Assembly (NCBI RefSeq): GCF_006345805.1
Contig: NC_043003.1
Location: 55,490,001 to 55,554,000 of the forward strand
Direction: 5' to 3'
From: Octopus sinensis
Lineage: Eukaryota
Length of the DNA: 64,000 nt
How positions within the stretch are numbered: position 1 is the stretch's first letter; the number at the start of each line of letters is the position of its first letter. The notes beneath the pieces were generated by a model. It was not told the DNA's origin and ran no database searches. It saw nothing but the letters and a program-made list of their open reading frames with translations. Below are positions 52,084 through 64,000 of the stretch, in pieces. Both the position numbers and the translations under genes were made by a program.

Positions 52084-53344
52084 TTGGCTCATCCCATAAA
52101 TAATGTGGTTTTTCAATTGCATGAACTAAAAGTCGAAGTGGGACGGGATAAACCACCTGCACCAACTTCCTATGAAAGCAGGTGGTAATTTTGCCTTGTA
52201 TTTATTCTTAGTGCAAATTTTGAAGGGTGCAGTTCGGTTTTAACAGTTATTTTTTTAAAGATATAATAGAAGTGACAAAGCAGACTGTTCGGCATATTTT
52301 GTTTATGAATTTACTAAAAGCAACGGCGCAACGGAAAGTGAGAGGAATATTAATGCAGTACATGAGGATCGGACATTAAGCGTAAGCCTGTGCCAATTGT
52401 GGTTCCAGAAATTCCGAGTCTGAAACTACAGCCTAGAAGACGATCCACATCCTGAAGGAGCTGTAGAGCTCAAATAGGACGTCCTGCAAACCCTAGTGGA
52501 AGAATATACCCTCGTAATTGCAGAGAAGCTTGGATATGGTAATTCAACTATTTATCGACACATGTGTTCCATCAGAAGAGTCCCAAAATTGGGTCAATGC
52601 GTTCCTCACAAACTTTCCGAGTTTAACCGCGTGCAGAGAGTGATTGTGTGCTCTTTTTTGCTGTCACGTCTCACGAATGAACCTTTTTAAAAGCGAATCG
52701 TGACTGGTGACGAGAAATTGGTTTTCTATAAGAAAAAATATCAAGCGTTGAAGACTGTGAGTAGGGTAAGGAGAAACACTGGCACCCCAAGCTAAAGAAG
52801 GTCTTCGGCCATGTAAGTTGTTGTTATATGCTTGGTGGGATATGAAAGGTTGAGTCGACTTTAAATTTTTAAACCCAAACCGAACTATAACAGATGCGAG
52901 CAAATGCGAGCAGCTTGAGCAGCTTAAGTTAGTACTAGAAGAAAAAGGACCATATTTTGTCTCTGCCATCAGGATAGTGCTCGGCCACATACAACGAGGA
53001 TAACATTCCAATGGTTGGCGCAGTTTGAAGACGAAAAGCTGCCCCACCCACCATATTCCCCGGACGTTGCCCCATCTGCTTATCATTTATTCTGCAGTCT
53101 TCAAAATCATTTGGACGGGAAAATATGGATTATGTAGACGAGGTCAAAACAGCAGTAAAGCAGTATTTTTGGTCAGAGTCAAGTGAACTTTGGATGAGCG
53201 GCCTTGTAAGTCTACCAGAGAGATGGAAGAGTGTTGTAGAAAATAAAGGGGAGTATTTTGTAGCTTTTAAAAGAACTTTGTTTATCTTAAATATTTAAAT
53301 AAAAGAAGTATAAAAACAAGAGCATTATTTATGGGATGAACCAA
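52084..53344 (+). mobile_element. Full-length, inactivated mariner (DD34D-type) transposon
   Basis: 22-bp TIRs TTGG(C/T)TCATCCCATAAATAATG with one mismatch; TA flanks at 52082-83 and 53345-46; CVPHKL, IVTGDEKLVFY, HPPYSPDVAPSAYHLF; multiple stops and frameshifts. Confidence 0.93.
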
Positions 53345-53779
53345 TATTTTATCCGAAAACACCAAGATTTCGGTTTTATTGTCTCCATTTTTCGTTGCAG
53401 AGACCTCAATAGCATATTTAGTTTGTGTATCGATTTAGTCTCATTGCTGCATTCTTACACCTAGCAGTCTCTTCTTAGGTTGATGTTGCAATTGGCTTAT
53501 AATGAATACTTGACCTCTGGAGTGGAAATCGCAATATACCGAGTAGATAACAAGCGTAAATAAAATGTTAAATCAGCTCCACATTTGTTTTATTTCTATT
53601 CGTTATTCCTTTTTTCGTATCGTTTATGTCTAATTTCACCCAGTATCAGAAAAAAGTTATTTAATAAGGTACGTTGTTCTCTTTGCTAAGTAGTGATTCG
53701 CTGAAAATGTTGAACAATTCCAAATGTATGTCCTTATAGCATATCTACAAATTCTATTTACACATATCAAGATAAACAG

Positions 53780-54177
53780 CACATGACCTTGCAGGTGGGG
53801 CCAAGTTTGAATTTTATTCTAATCGAGTAACTCATCCTGCTCAAAAGGTCCCTGAATAAGCGTTGTTTACGGATGCTGAATGAAACACCTACGTTTCCAA
53901 AAGTGAATTATTCAAACCTCCAAGAATCCCACTCAACACATGGCTATGATACTCCCCCACTAATTCTGCTCGTGATCAGAGATGCACATATCGTCAGCTA
54001 CTAAGGGACATGATCAACTGGTTAAGATCAAACAACTGACAAGCAAATCTGTGTTATTGAGCAGAATATTTGCTGTAGCCCATCTTTTATACCAAGACAA
54101 AACAATGTACATGATAACACTTCCAGTCAGTTAAGATCAGAAGCTACGAGAGCCACTGACTGGTACTGCATCAGGGC

Positions 54178-54223
<46 letters not shown>
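53780..54223 (+). mobile_element. Retroposon-like 3' segment ending in a (TTA)n tail
   Basis: Non-repetitive block ending gactggtactgcatcagggca-(tta)n. Assignment rests on tail structure only. Confidence 0.4.
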
Positions 54224-54226
<3 letters not shown>

Positions 54227-56799
54227 TAGTTTTGTTTTTATAGCGTGCTTTCACTTCACTACCGAGCGCAGCTCTGTGTGCCTTGGGTATGTGCTGTGAT
54301 TTGTTGTGGTGCTCTAATGGTTATTGTATGGAAAGTGTTCTGCGTAGGATGTGTGCAGTGCCTAGTAGTGCAATTTTCTGTATGTTATATGTGTTTGTAA
54401 GTCCGGGTGTTTTTGTTATGTATTTGTCTGAATATTTGTTATCATGCCTAATGCACCTACTATGATAGGAATTGTTTCTGCTTTCATATTCCACATTCTA
54501 GTTACCTCTATTTCCAGGTCTTTGTATTTTGAGAGTTTCTCCATTTCTTTTAGAGACACGTTGTCATCTGCCGGTATTGATACATCAATTAGAAAGCATT
54601 TTTTTTCTTCATGATCTCTGACAACTATATCTGGTCTGTTGGCCTTAATTTCTCTATCTGTGTGTATCGGCATATCCCAGAGTATGGTTGCTTTCTCGTT
54701 TTCTGTGACCTTTTCTGGTGTGTGCCTATACCATCTTTTTTCTGTTGTTATTCCATAATGTTGGCATAGCTTCCAATGTATGTAGGTCCCAACTCTGTCA
54801 TGTCTGTGAATATATTCCTTCTTAGCCAGGACTGGGCAGCTAGAGATAATATGATTTATTGTTTCTTGTCCATCTCCACATATTCTGCAGTTACTTGTAA
54901 TATTTCTTTTCATTACATGTTTTTGGTAATTTCTGGTGGGGAGGCTTTGGTCTTGTGCTGCAATTAAAAATCCCTCTGTTTCTGCTTTGAGTCCTGAACT
55001 TCTCAACCATTGCTGGGATTTTTCTTTGTCTATTTCTTTTGCGTTTAGTTTAGTCCAGTATTTACCATGAAGGGGCTTTTCTTGCCATCGTTTTATCATG
55101 GTTCGTTGCTGTTCTATTTTTAGTTTGGATTTCATTTGTTTTATAGCTTTTGTTGTTTCTTCATCATCTTCTTCTTCTTCTTCGTGTTTATTAGGTGGTA
55201 TGATTTCTTGTTTGTATTTGTCAGCTTCCTTAAATACTGAGAACAGTTTTTTGTTTTGCTCGTGTTTTGCTGCTATCTGGATCAGTTTTCCTTCCTTCTG
55301 AAGTAGGTATTTTTGCAGCCCTATGGTGGTTATTTTATAGTAGTTTTCCAGCTGTATAAGGCCTCTACCACCTTCTATACGTTGTATATATAGCCTGTCT
55401 ATGTTAGATTTTGGGTGATGCATACTAGATCCTGTCAGTATTTTTCTTGTTTTCCTATCTATTTTGGATAGTTCATTTCGTGTCCAGTTAAGGATATTGT
55501 AGCTGTAACTTACAACTGGGACAGCTAAAGTGTTGATACCTATTATCTTGTTTTTAGCATTGAGCTCTGTTTTTAGTATTGATCTAACTCGTCTATAATA
55601 TTCTTTTTTTTTTCTCTTTCATTTGTGTGTGTTGTGTCTTATCTAGTTCATGGATTCCTAAGTATTTGTAAGTTTGGCTTTGGTCTAATTCTTTTATTTC
55701 ATTGGTTTTATCTAGTGTGATGTTGTTACTCTTAACTAGTTTTCCTCTTTTCATGGTTACTTTGGCGCATTTTTCTAATCCAAATTTCATATCTATTTCT
55801 TTGGTAAATCCATGAACTGTCTTTAATAGTGTTTCCAGCTGTTTGTCATTTGCAGCGTATGGTTTTAGGTCATCCATATATAAAAGGTGGCTGATCGTTT
55901 TGCCGTAACATTTATATCCGCATCCAGTTCTATTTAGCATATCAGATAGAGGTGACAGTGCCAAGCAGAAAAGGAGTGGAGAGAGCGTGTCTCCCTGGAA
56001 TATTCCTCTTCTAATGGGGATGTCTTTGGTTTTCATGAGTCCCTCTTTTGTTTGGAGGTGTAGGACTGTTTGCCATTTATTCATAGAGTGCTCTATGAAT
56101 TTTATGATTGTTGGTGCTACTTTGTTAATGGCTAGTGTTTCGAGCATCCATGTGTGGGGGATGCTATCAAACGCCTTTTTGTAGTCAATCCAGGCCATAC
56201 TGAGGCCTTTCTTCTTTCTGTGGCTGTCTTCAGTTACGGCTTTATTAATCATTAGTTGATCTTTACAGCCATATGAGCCTTTGCGGCATCCTTTCTGTTC
56301 TTCTGGGAACAGTTTGTTTTCGTCCAGGTGCTTGTTCAGCCTTTGCGATATCACTGCAGTAGATGCCTTGAACATAGTAGGGAGGCAGGTTATTGGTCTG
56401 TAGTTTTCTGGTTTCGCTGTTTCATTTGATTTGGGAATTAAGATGGTTTTCCCCTTCGTGAGCCATTCAGGCATTGTCTCAGGCTCTGCTAGTATGCTGT
56501 TAAAGTTTTCAGCCAGCTTTTTGTGCATTCCTGTTAGATATTTCAACCAGAAGTTGGGGATCTTGTCATGCCCAGGTGCCTTCCAGTTGCTTAGTTTTTG
56601 CAGTGCCTGGGTGACCTCTTCAGTTGTTATGGGGGTCCAAAGTTGTTCAGATGCCGAGTTTGTTATTTTGATACTCCTTTTGTTTGGCTGTTCGTTCGCC
56701 GACCATATTTCTCTCCAGAATTCTTCCAATTCTTCTGCCGTTGGTGCTGCTGTGACTTCTATTTTATTTTTTCCCCAGTTCTTGGTAGAACTTTTTGGG

Positions 56800-56800
<1 letters not shown>
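54224..56800 (-). mobile_element. 5'-truncated R4/Dong-clade non-LTR retrotransposon (RT + CCHC + restriction-like endonuclease)
   Basis: RT 55593-56729: YRPITCL, EEQKGCRKG, AWIDYKKAFDS, RGIFQGDTLSPLLF, LYMDDLK, YKYLGI. 54416-55423: CRIC...HIISSC, RHDRV, RPDIV..FLIDVSIP..K..KY. Frameshift at a T-run near 55600; flanked by (TTA)n at 54179-54223 and 56801-56837. Confidence 0.95.
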
Positions 56801-56837
<37 letters not shown>

Positions 56838-57069
56838 GTAGAATGAGAAACCAGAGTTGGGTTCAAAATTCTACCAGGACACGTAATGAAGGCTGAAGTA
56901 TAAATCAGCCGAAACCTTGTAGTAATAAGAAACAAGATGAGGACACATAGAAATAATGTACAGAGTTCCTCACCTCTAAAATACAGAACGACATATAAAC
57001 ATGTGCAATGGTATGTAATAATAGGATATTGCCTATTACTGCTATGAGGCTGTGCTACAACAACTCTCA

Positions 57070-58400
57070 TTGCTTTACTGCCTCCGCCATCAGCACCATA
57101 CGACCTCTTCTACTAATAAGACTCCTCTCTAGAATCAGCACAACCAGTAAGGAAAACGTGATAACTGACACTTATGAAACTATTGCGAAGCGTGGCTTAG
57201 TGTTTGGTGAGTTTAATGAGCAAGGCACTTTATTCTACATAGGCTGCTGTCCACCTGTTTTTCAAAGGGGCCATACTAAATATGTCTGACCGTATATGTT
57301 CTTGCGTATGGTGCACCAGTTCACTGATTGTGTGCTAATCAATGTTAGGATATATATCTGTTTCATTTTCGGTAAATGACGTCGCATTAATCTTCATGTT
57401 TTTCTACTATTTTGCATAGTGATTTAAGAATACATCCAACTTGAATTGACATTATGTACAGATATCAAAAATATCTTACGTCCACAATCTGCTTATTCAA
57501 ATTTTGTCATCTATCTTTCTCTGAAATGCCTTTTGAATACGATTGCAAATTTCAGGCGCCAGATGGCCTGCCATTGAAGCATTCAAAGGCCAATACTGAA
57601 TGGTTTGTAGTAAGTTTGGCCTCATAACTCTATAAACTGAAACGAGTCGTGCATCAGCCTGCCACGAGTAATGAATATTGGAATATAAGCATGTGAAGCT
57701 GAGCTAACTAAATTGACAATTTTATCATATTATGTTTTGGCAAGGCAAATACATATTCCGGAAAACTGTGGAGCAGAGATATTTACATAAACAGCAAAAT
57801 CATGGTTTACGATACTGTCAAGCTACTATGTAGCAGAAACTTAAAAAATGCCCCAATCCCATGCTAAAGGTCTTCATCACGTCCATATTTCATCTAAGGA
57901 AGATTTTAAATGTACAGAAGTTTTCAGACTTGCCAATGTCCTGTTTTGGTTTTCTAACCTCCAGTGAAATTGGTGAGAGTAAGCAAGTTACAAAGAAAGA
58001 AAAAAATACTTAGATGAGCAGCAATTAAATTGCTGACATTGATGTTCATACAAAACCGATCAACAGACCATTTTGTTGGAATAATTGAGAGTAGATTAGA
58101 ATAGCAATCTCCTCTTCTAAGGTTGAATATGGTGGACTAAGTGTTGGTGAATCACGTAAAAAATTCGAGAATGCACGAGAGTAACCTTCAAAGAATAGCT
58201 GGTGGACCCAAGCATATATGAAGATATTGCTAGTTACAGGCATACATGAAAGGATTCGAGCAGTAAAGTCTTATGAATTTTCCCCATTGTATAGTAGTCG
58301 CCAAGACTGAAGCAACAAAGTCTCTAAAACAGCGCTGCTAAAAGTCAACAACACTATGACGGCAGTAACATATACTTTTTGGTTACCGCAAACATCATTT
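57070..58400 (-). pseudogene. Decayed ionotropic-receptor (IR/iGluR-like) gene remnant
   Basis: KVYVTAVIVLLTFSSAVL (M1), TARILSCMPVTSNIFIYAW..GYSRAFSNFL..PPYSTLEE (pore/M3/S2 start), TGAPYARTYTVRHI*YGPFEK (KGAPY..I.RL.E.G..KW), FAIVS*VSVITFSLLVVLILE (M4). Contains stops; S2 interval is longer than expected. Confidence 0.5.
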
Positions 58401-58546
58401 AAGGATGCTTTTCTTCTCCTACTTCTCTCCCCCATCGACTGACATGAATATCAGCCGAAGTATCATATATCATATATCATTTATATAGAAATAGACAAAC
58501 AGACAATCAGAGAGACAGACAGGCATACAGATAGGTTGATAGAAAA

Positions 58547-58585
<39 letters not shown>

Positions 58586-59823
58586 AATAGATAGATAGAT
58601 ATATGTATGTGAGTCTGTATTAAAGAACATATACATATATAGGTATATATGTACAAAGAGAGACAGAGGAGAGAGAGAATGGGGGAGAGAAAGTGATAGA
58701 AAGAAAGAATGAATGAAAGGAAGAGAGAGAGAAGTAGGAATGACAGTTTGAAAGCGAAGCAGAGAAAATTGGTGAGAGAAATAAGTTACGGAGAGAAAAA
58801 AAAATTAGATGAGCAGCAATTGAATTGCTGACATTGATATATAAATTCCGATAGAATGTTAGAAACGTTTTTGAAAAAAAATATATATTAAGAGCTAAAG
58901 CAAGAAATGGTGATAGAGTAAAAGATATGTCGGATTAGGATTGAAGAACCACTTTTTAAAGAAAGAAAAGAAAAGAATAGGAATAATTGATGAAGGAAAA
59001 AATTAACTAAACAAAACCAAAATAAAACATAAATACCTCACCCAACAAACAACCATCTAAAGAAATAGAGTCAAAGATATTAAATTCTACAAACAAATAA
59101 ATAATATATAACGTAATTGTTTCACACAAAAAATTGGAAGTACGATGAAGAGAGCGAGTAGAGTAGAGAGAAAGAAAGATTAGGAAAACAAGCGTATATA
59201 ATAGAAACTATATAAATGGCTGCGTTTTCTAAAATGGCTGACTAATCAGAAGAGGTTGTGATTTGTGCGGGTGTGTGAGTGTGTAAATGTGAGTGCAATT
59301 GTATGCGTATATGTATTCTCTATGTGCATGTGTGTGTTTCTGTTTATGAAACACAGCTGACACTAACGAATCTGGACAGGAATCATAGAAAGAAGAAATT
59401 AAGGTTGAATGAAATGACAATCGAATAAGCAAAAAAGAAATTAAGGAATAAAAATATATATAGATGAGTAGTGAAATTGTAGGGGAGCGTAGGACATGTA
59501 TTGACGGAAATTTCAAACAAAATGAAAGAAAGCAATAAAACGGATAGAGGGATGAAAATGAACATTTCAGAAAATATTACATGTGTATGTATATGTGTCT
59601 GTATGTATATGTGTTTGTGCGTATGAGCTAATATGGCACTTTGGCGTACATGTTTATGAATTTACCTACCTCTAGTCATCTATAAAGACGTCGGTTGCAT
59701 CCAGTATAGGACACCATGCAAATGGAGAATTAGATCAAACTAAATTAAGCAATCATATAAAGTGGATAAGGAATATGGTGTGGGTATCTACTTATACACT
59801 CATACCCCATATATATATATATT

Positions 59824-59999
59824 CCGCTGTCGAGTTTATTCTTCAGCTTTCCAGGTTCGATAAAATGGTGTACAAATATATAATGCGCAGAAACTTTTAA
59901 ATATAAACGCATATAAGTGTGTAGTTGTGTACATATATATATATATATATATATAATATATATATATATAATATAAATATATATATATACATATATACG

Positions 60000-60035
<36 letters not shown>

Positions 60036-60272
60036 ATATAATATATATATATATATTATATATATATATATATATACGTATATACATATATATCTATACG
60101 TATATACATACATATATATATATATATATAGATATATATATATATATATATGCATATATATGTGCACAAGTACACACGTATATGCATTTATATTTAAAAT
60201 TTTCTGCGCAGTAGTATATTTGTACACCATTTTATCGAACCTGGAAAACTAAAGAATAAACTCGACAGCGGC
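59824..60272. repeat. Inverted repeat (~115-bp arms) around an (AT)n spacer
   Basis: ccgctgtcgagtttattct...aaaatggtgtacaaatat... at 59824-59940 pairs with 60155-60272; the right arm continues into a SINE B-box region. Confidence 0.88.
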
Positions 60273-61049
60273 GAGATTTGAACTCAGACGTTATACTTCG
60301 CGAACATTTAAGGAAATACAATTATCCAACTTTTTAATGTTTCTGTGAGATCGCTACTTATTTATATGCATATACATATAATACATGTATATGTGCGGGC
60401 ACATATATGTACTTACATAAAAACACACATAAATCTGAGTGTGTATCTGTGCATGTATATGTATTTATGTATATGTGAACTTGTACACAGAGCAAACTAT
60501 AGAAAAAGAAGTCAAGTTTGAGAGAGTTGTAATAAATGCTATAATACAGAAATGAATATGTTATTATTTTATGAAATGAATTAAAGACGCAGGGAATGCA
60601 ATTCGTGTATGTGCTTCCCCATAGGTTTTCCACTCGTGTGAACCGGGTGTCACTTTTTAACTCGTACTATTAAAGCAGGATATTGATAGCTACATCCAAT
60701 ATGAAATATGCAATTAACTTGTATAAAAATACTTCTCATATTTAATTAAAAACATGTTTCCATTGTTCGCGAAAAAAACCCGTTCCACAAACACATTCAT
60801 ATACATACATACATTCGGATACACTTTCATATGCATTCATATACGTACATATATATGCGCACATATTGAAATGCATTCACATACAGACGTCCACCAAAAT
60901 ACGTTACCGAAGATTGAAAAAGAGGGAACATGCAACATTCGATGTTCAACTCAGGCAACCGCTGAAATTTGATAAGAGTCGACGATGAAGTAGCGTCACT
61001 AGAAAATAAAGACTAAAAATAGTATACCTAATAGAATGATCAGAACGCT

Positions 61050-62700
61050 TTGACTGTAAAAGTCTCCTCAGAATTAGACATCATAATGTCGGCTTCCTTC
61101 GCATAAAGCACGTGTATTATGACAGCAATTCATTAGAATATAGTTCGCCAAATGTTTTTAAAATTCTCATAGTGCCTCTTCTCACAATCTGCATTTGGCT
61201 GAAAATTATTGAGAAAAATGTTGGTTAGTTGGCAGCATCTTGAAGAATTACTATAAGAACTAACTTGTGCAATCTGGATTGAGCTAGATCCTGCTGAATT
61301 CTTAGTGGAATACATAGCTTTCACATCTCCTTGTTTTAAGAGCGTGGTAGGGGCTTTCCTATTCAGCCATAGTTTTATAACGTTGGGTGAATCTAAAATA
61401 AGATTTCGAAGGGATTTATTGAGTTGCGTTCATTGTTGTTGCAGTTTCCACATTGCTCTTAGTTTCAAGTGGTAAACAGCCATTACTGCAAGTAAAGTAG
61501 AAAAAATGCGGCCTGGTCTGCTAGAGTATCTCAGTTATAAGCAACACTGCGGAGGTAGAGTGATGAAGTTCTTCCTTTTGTTTCCAAATATATGTTTCTA
61601 GGATTCTTTACACTTTAGCTGGTGCACTTTTGCAATACCTGCCAGAGATTGTACTGAATTCCTCGGGGAATAAAACTAAGAAGCTATTCGTCTTAGTAAT
61701 GCTAATTCTATATTTCTTAAAATTTCCTTTGACCTCCATTCATTTTTGCAGCCACGGCAAAAATATAACATCTGAAAGAAGCAAAAGTCAAATTTCTCAT
61801 AAAAATAATTGCAAAAAATTGAAGCATATACATTAATCTAACCTGAACTTTAAAAAAGTAGACGTTTCTCTCAGAGCAGAAAATGCAAATGTGCATTAAG
61901 TAATTAGAAAAAGCTGTAAATCAGTCAATATTGTGAACATAAAATCCAATGACAACTTCGGTGTTTCCTGTAATGTCTTTATCAAAAGATAATGATGTTG
62001 TTGTTGATTATGAATCTCAAACGATTTCTCAAAAGATTTCTTTGCAAATAAAATGATGACGTAGTATCAAGACATAGTGTTTTGAGTTTCAAATATACAC
62101 ACATTGATCAATAAAGCTTTTGGTGTGTTTTGTAGGAGCCATTTTGTGAGTGTTAATAAATAAATGTATCTTGAGAAATGGTTTTAAGAATGTGTTTACT
62201 TTTACATGCCCTATAGCTTGGCAACGCTGGCCATAGATTTTTGTAAGTTGCAATTAAGAACTCTATATAATAGTGCACACTCGTCTCTTACTTACTTTTT
62301 TTTTTCCAAAGAGACTACCAGTCTCGAACGTCTGCCACCTTTGCATGGAGGAGTGTCAATGTGTAAAAAGTTGAAAGTCAGCATAAATGTCACCGCTTCG
62401 AGTGTTGAGTAAATAATAACACATAGAGCGTTGATATTCCGCTACGTTCTTTTCCAATGAATATATTTGGTTGAGGTCTGATTATATTTGACTAATATGA
62501 TCGGAAATATTTTTTTATTCATATCTTCGGCTGGTGTTTCCTTGATCCAGATTTATTACGTTCGCTACTTCAATTCTACTGACCAACAACTGCTTCCATG
62601 TGCTTTATAGGTTTCCAGCTCCATAGCCTTCATTATTGACTTTTCTTTTCCTGCTTGCTTCTATCTACAAAGTCAAGAGTGTTTATCATTTTTTTTCTTT
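61050..62700 (-). mobile_element. Possible ancient LINE remnant (ORF1 Zn-knuckle plus APE endonuclease)
   Basis: VTFMLTFN, QRCQAIGHVK (CxxCxxxGH-like) near 62200-62400; LRNLILDSPN..LNRKAPT near 61330-61430. Highly decayed. Confidence 0.3.
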
Positions 62701-63340
62701 TGTTTGTATTGCAATGGTTGTTTTCGTTGTATCTTGAGTGGTCATAATCCTCGCTTTTAGTAGTTTATGTTTTTTTTTATCTAAGCCACTCCTTTCTTTT
62801 TTACTTTTATAAATTTCTTTTATTTCCTTGTATTGCCGTTTCTGTTGTACTCTGATGTTACTCTACTGAGAATTCACAGGTTGTTTTCTTGATAAATTCT
62901 GCTGTACTACTTTCATTAGGTGGTGAGGGATTAACATTTGTTTATACATTTTCTTTGTTGTTCATTCTTTTGCATTATTTTCAGTGTTCCTTCTTCATAT
63001 GAACCGTTCCAGTTTTATTTATGAGATTTGTTTTATTATGTATTATAAATATGCATAGATTCAATAATATATTTGAATTTAGTTGCCGTGTTAGATCATA
63101 CGTTTCTTGTTCTACATATCTCATATGTCACTTTTATGTTAATGGCATGTGTTGGACATGGCATGACTATCTGTAATAGACATGTAATACATCAAGATAT
63201 TTTTTTGTTTTCGTTATATCATTCTCTTGTAGTTACCATTTTCTCCATTATGGTCGAAACGTATGCATATACACATACGGCTGTGTTTACGCTTTTGTGT
63301 TTGGGTGAGAGCAAGAGTGTATGTGTGTATGTGTGCGTGT

Positions 63341-63341
<1 letters not shown>

Positions 63342-63422
<81 letters not shown>
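63342..63422. repeat. (GA)n microsatellite
   Basis: Direct reading. Confidence 0.97.
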
Positions 63423-63423
<1 letters not shown>

Positions 63424-64000
63424 TGATCTGATCGTTACTGGTAAGATGTAATTTACTATAACCTGTTTCTTGGTCTGGTCGTCGGTGACTAAATTGGTTC
63501 TCCTCCCAGGCTATCCTGGTGACCATCTGCACATGGCGAATGAGATCGTTGTAAAACCACATACTGATTAACAGCCGCTGAAAGTTTTCAAAGCATTTTG
63601 TTTTGATACAGACACTGAATTCAAACGATAGCCGTTCTGCGAACTCTTGGTTAAGCAAGATTAAAACTTAGAATCATCTGATATAAAACCTAATGTTCTT
63701 GTATGGTTCAGTCAATCCATTTCATTGTGTCATAAAAATCAAACCCAAGCCTTACACAAGCATTGCCTTCATTGCTGTTAAATGTGGATTAACTCAGACG
63801 AGATTCCCCGAAGTGTACCCTTAGATAATGTCTCAAGCATCCTCACATGATTTAGATCAAATTTTGTGATTCAAGTGAAATGCGAACTGGTACATTAGAG
63901 GGTGCTTACACATAAAATCGAGTGGGTGTCTAGTACAGTTTTGAATGCATGGAGTGTGGAGTGATCATATATAATGGTTAGGCTGTTGCGTTCACGATCG

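Noticed and set aside
52664-53086. 140-aa minus-strand ORF (also 42145-42486, 54776-54967, 55987-56184, 56431-56841)
   Set aside because: Antisense shadows of transposase or RT coding sequence.
63287-63658. 123-aa minus ORF as a host exon
   Set aside because: The last third is (CT)n, the splice signals are weak, and no recognisable motif was found.

Overview
AT-rich, microsatellite-saturated eukaryotic DNA. The SINE families and repeat landscape suggest a cephalopod (Octopus-like) genome; that assignment is inference. No intact protein-coding gene can be supported, and most ORF-track entries are translations of (AT)n/(CA)n/(AAT)n/(AAAG)n repeats. Recognisable contents: a 5'-truncated R4/Dong-type RLE non-LTR retrotransposon inserted in a (TAA)n tract (54.2-56.8 kb); a TIR-complete but dead mariner (52.1-53.3 kb); a Tc1 fragment; a Ty3/gypsy RT-RNaseH fragment; several decayed Penelope-like elements (PLEs; RT plus GIY-YIG); many tRNA-derived SINEs; and a ~42-copy 35-bp minisatellite. 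Two features stand out. (1) Up to nine type I hammerhead-ribozyme (HHR) motifs sit in PLE-type termini. Three look catalytically intact (1219-1312 +, 29309-29399 -, 38173-38263 -), several have unusually long stem II, and they are repeatedly embedded in fold-back structures. (2) Four or more heavily decayed, apparently intronless reading frames resemble variant ionotropic (IR/iGluR-like) receptors (9.9-10.6, 12.6-13.7, 36.5-37.4, 57.1-58.4 kb), suggesting a dead chemoreceptor cluster. All protein and RNA assignments were made by eye and need HMM/covariance-model confirmation.
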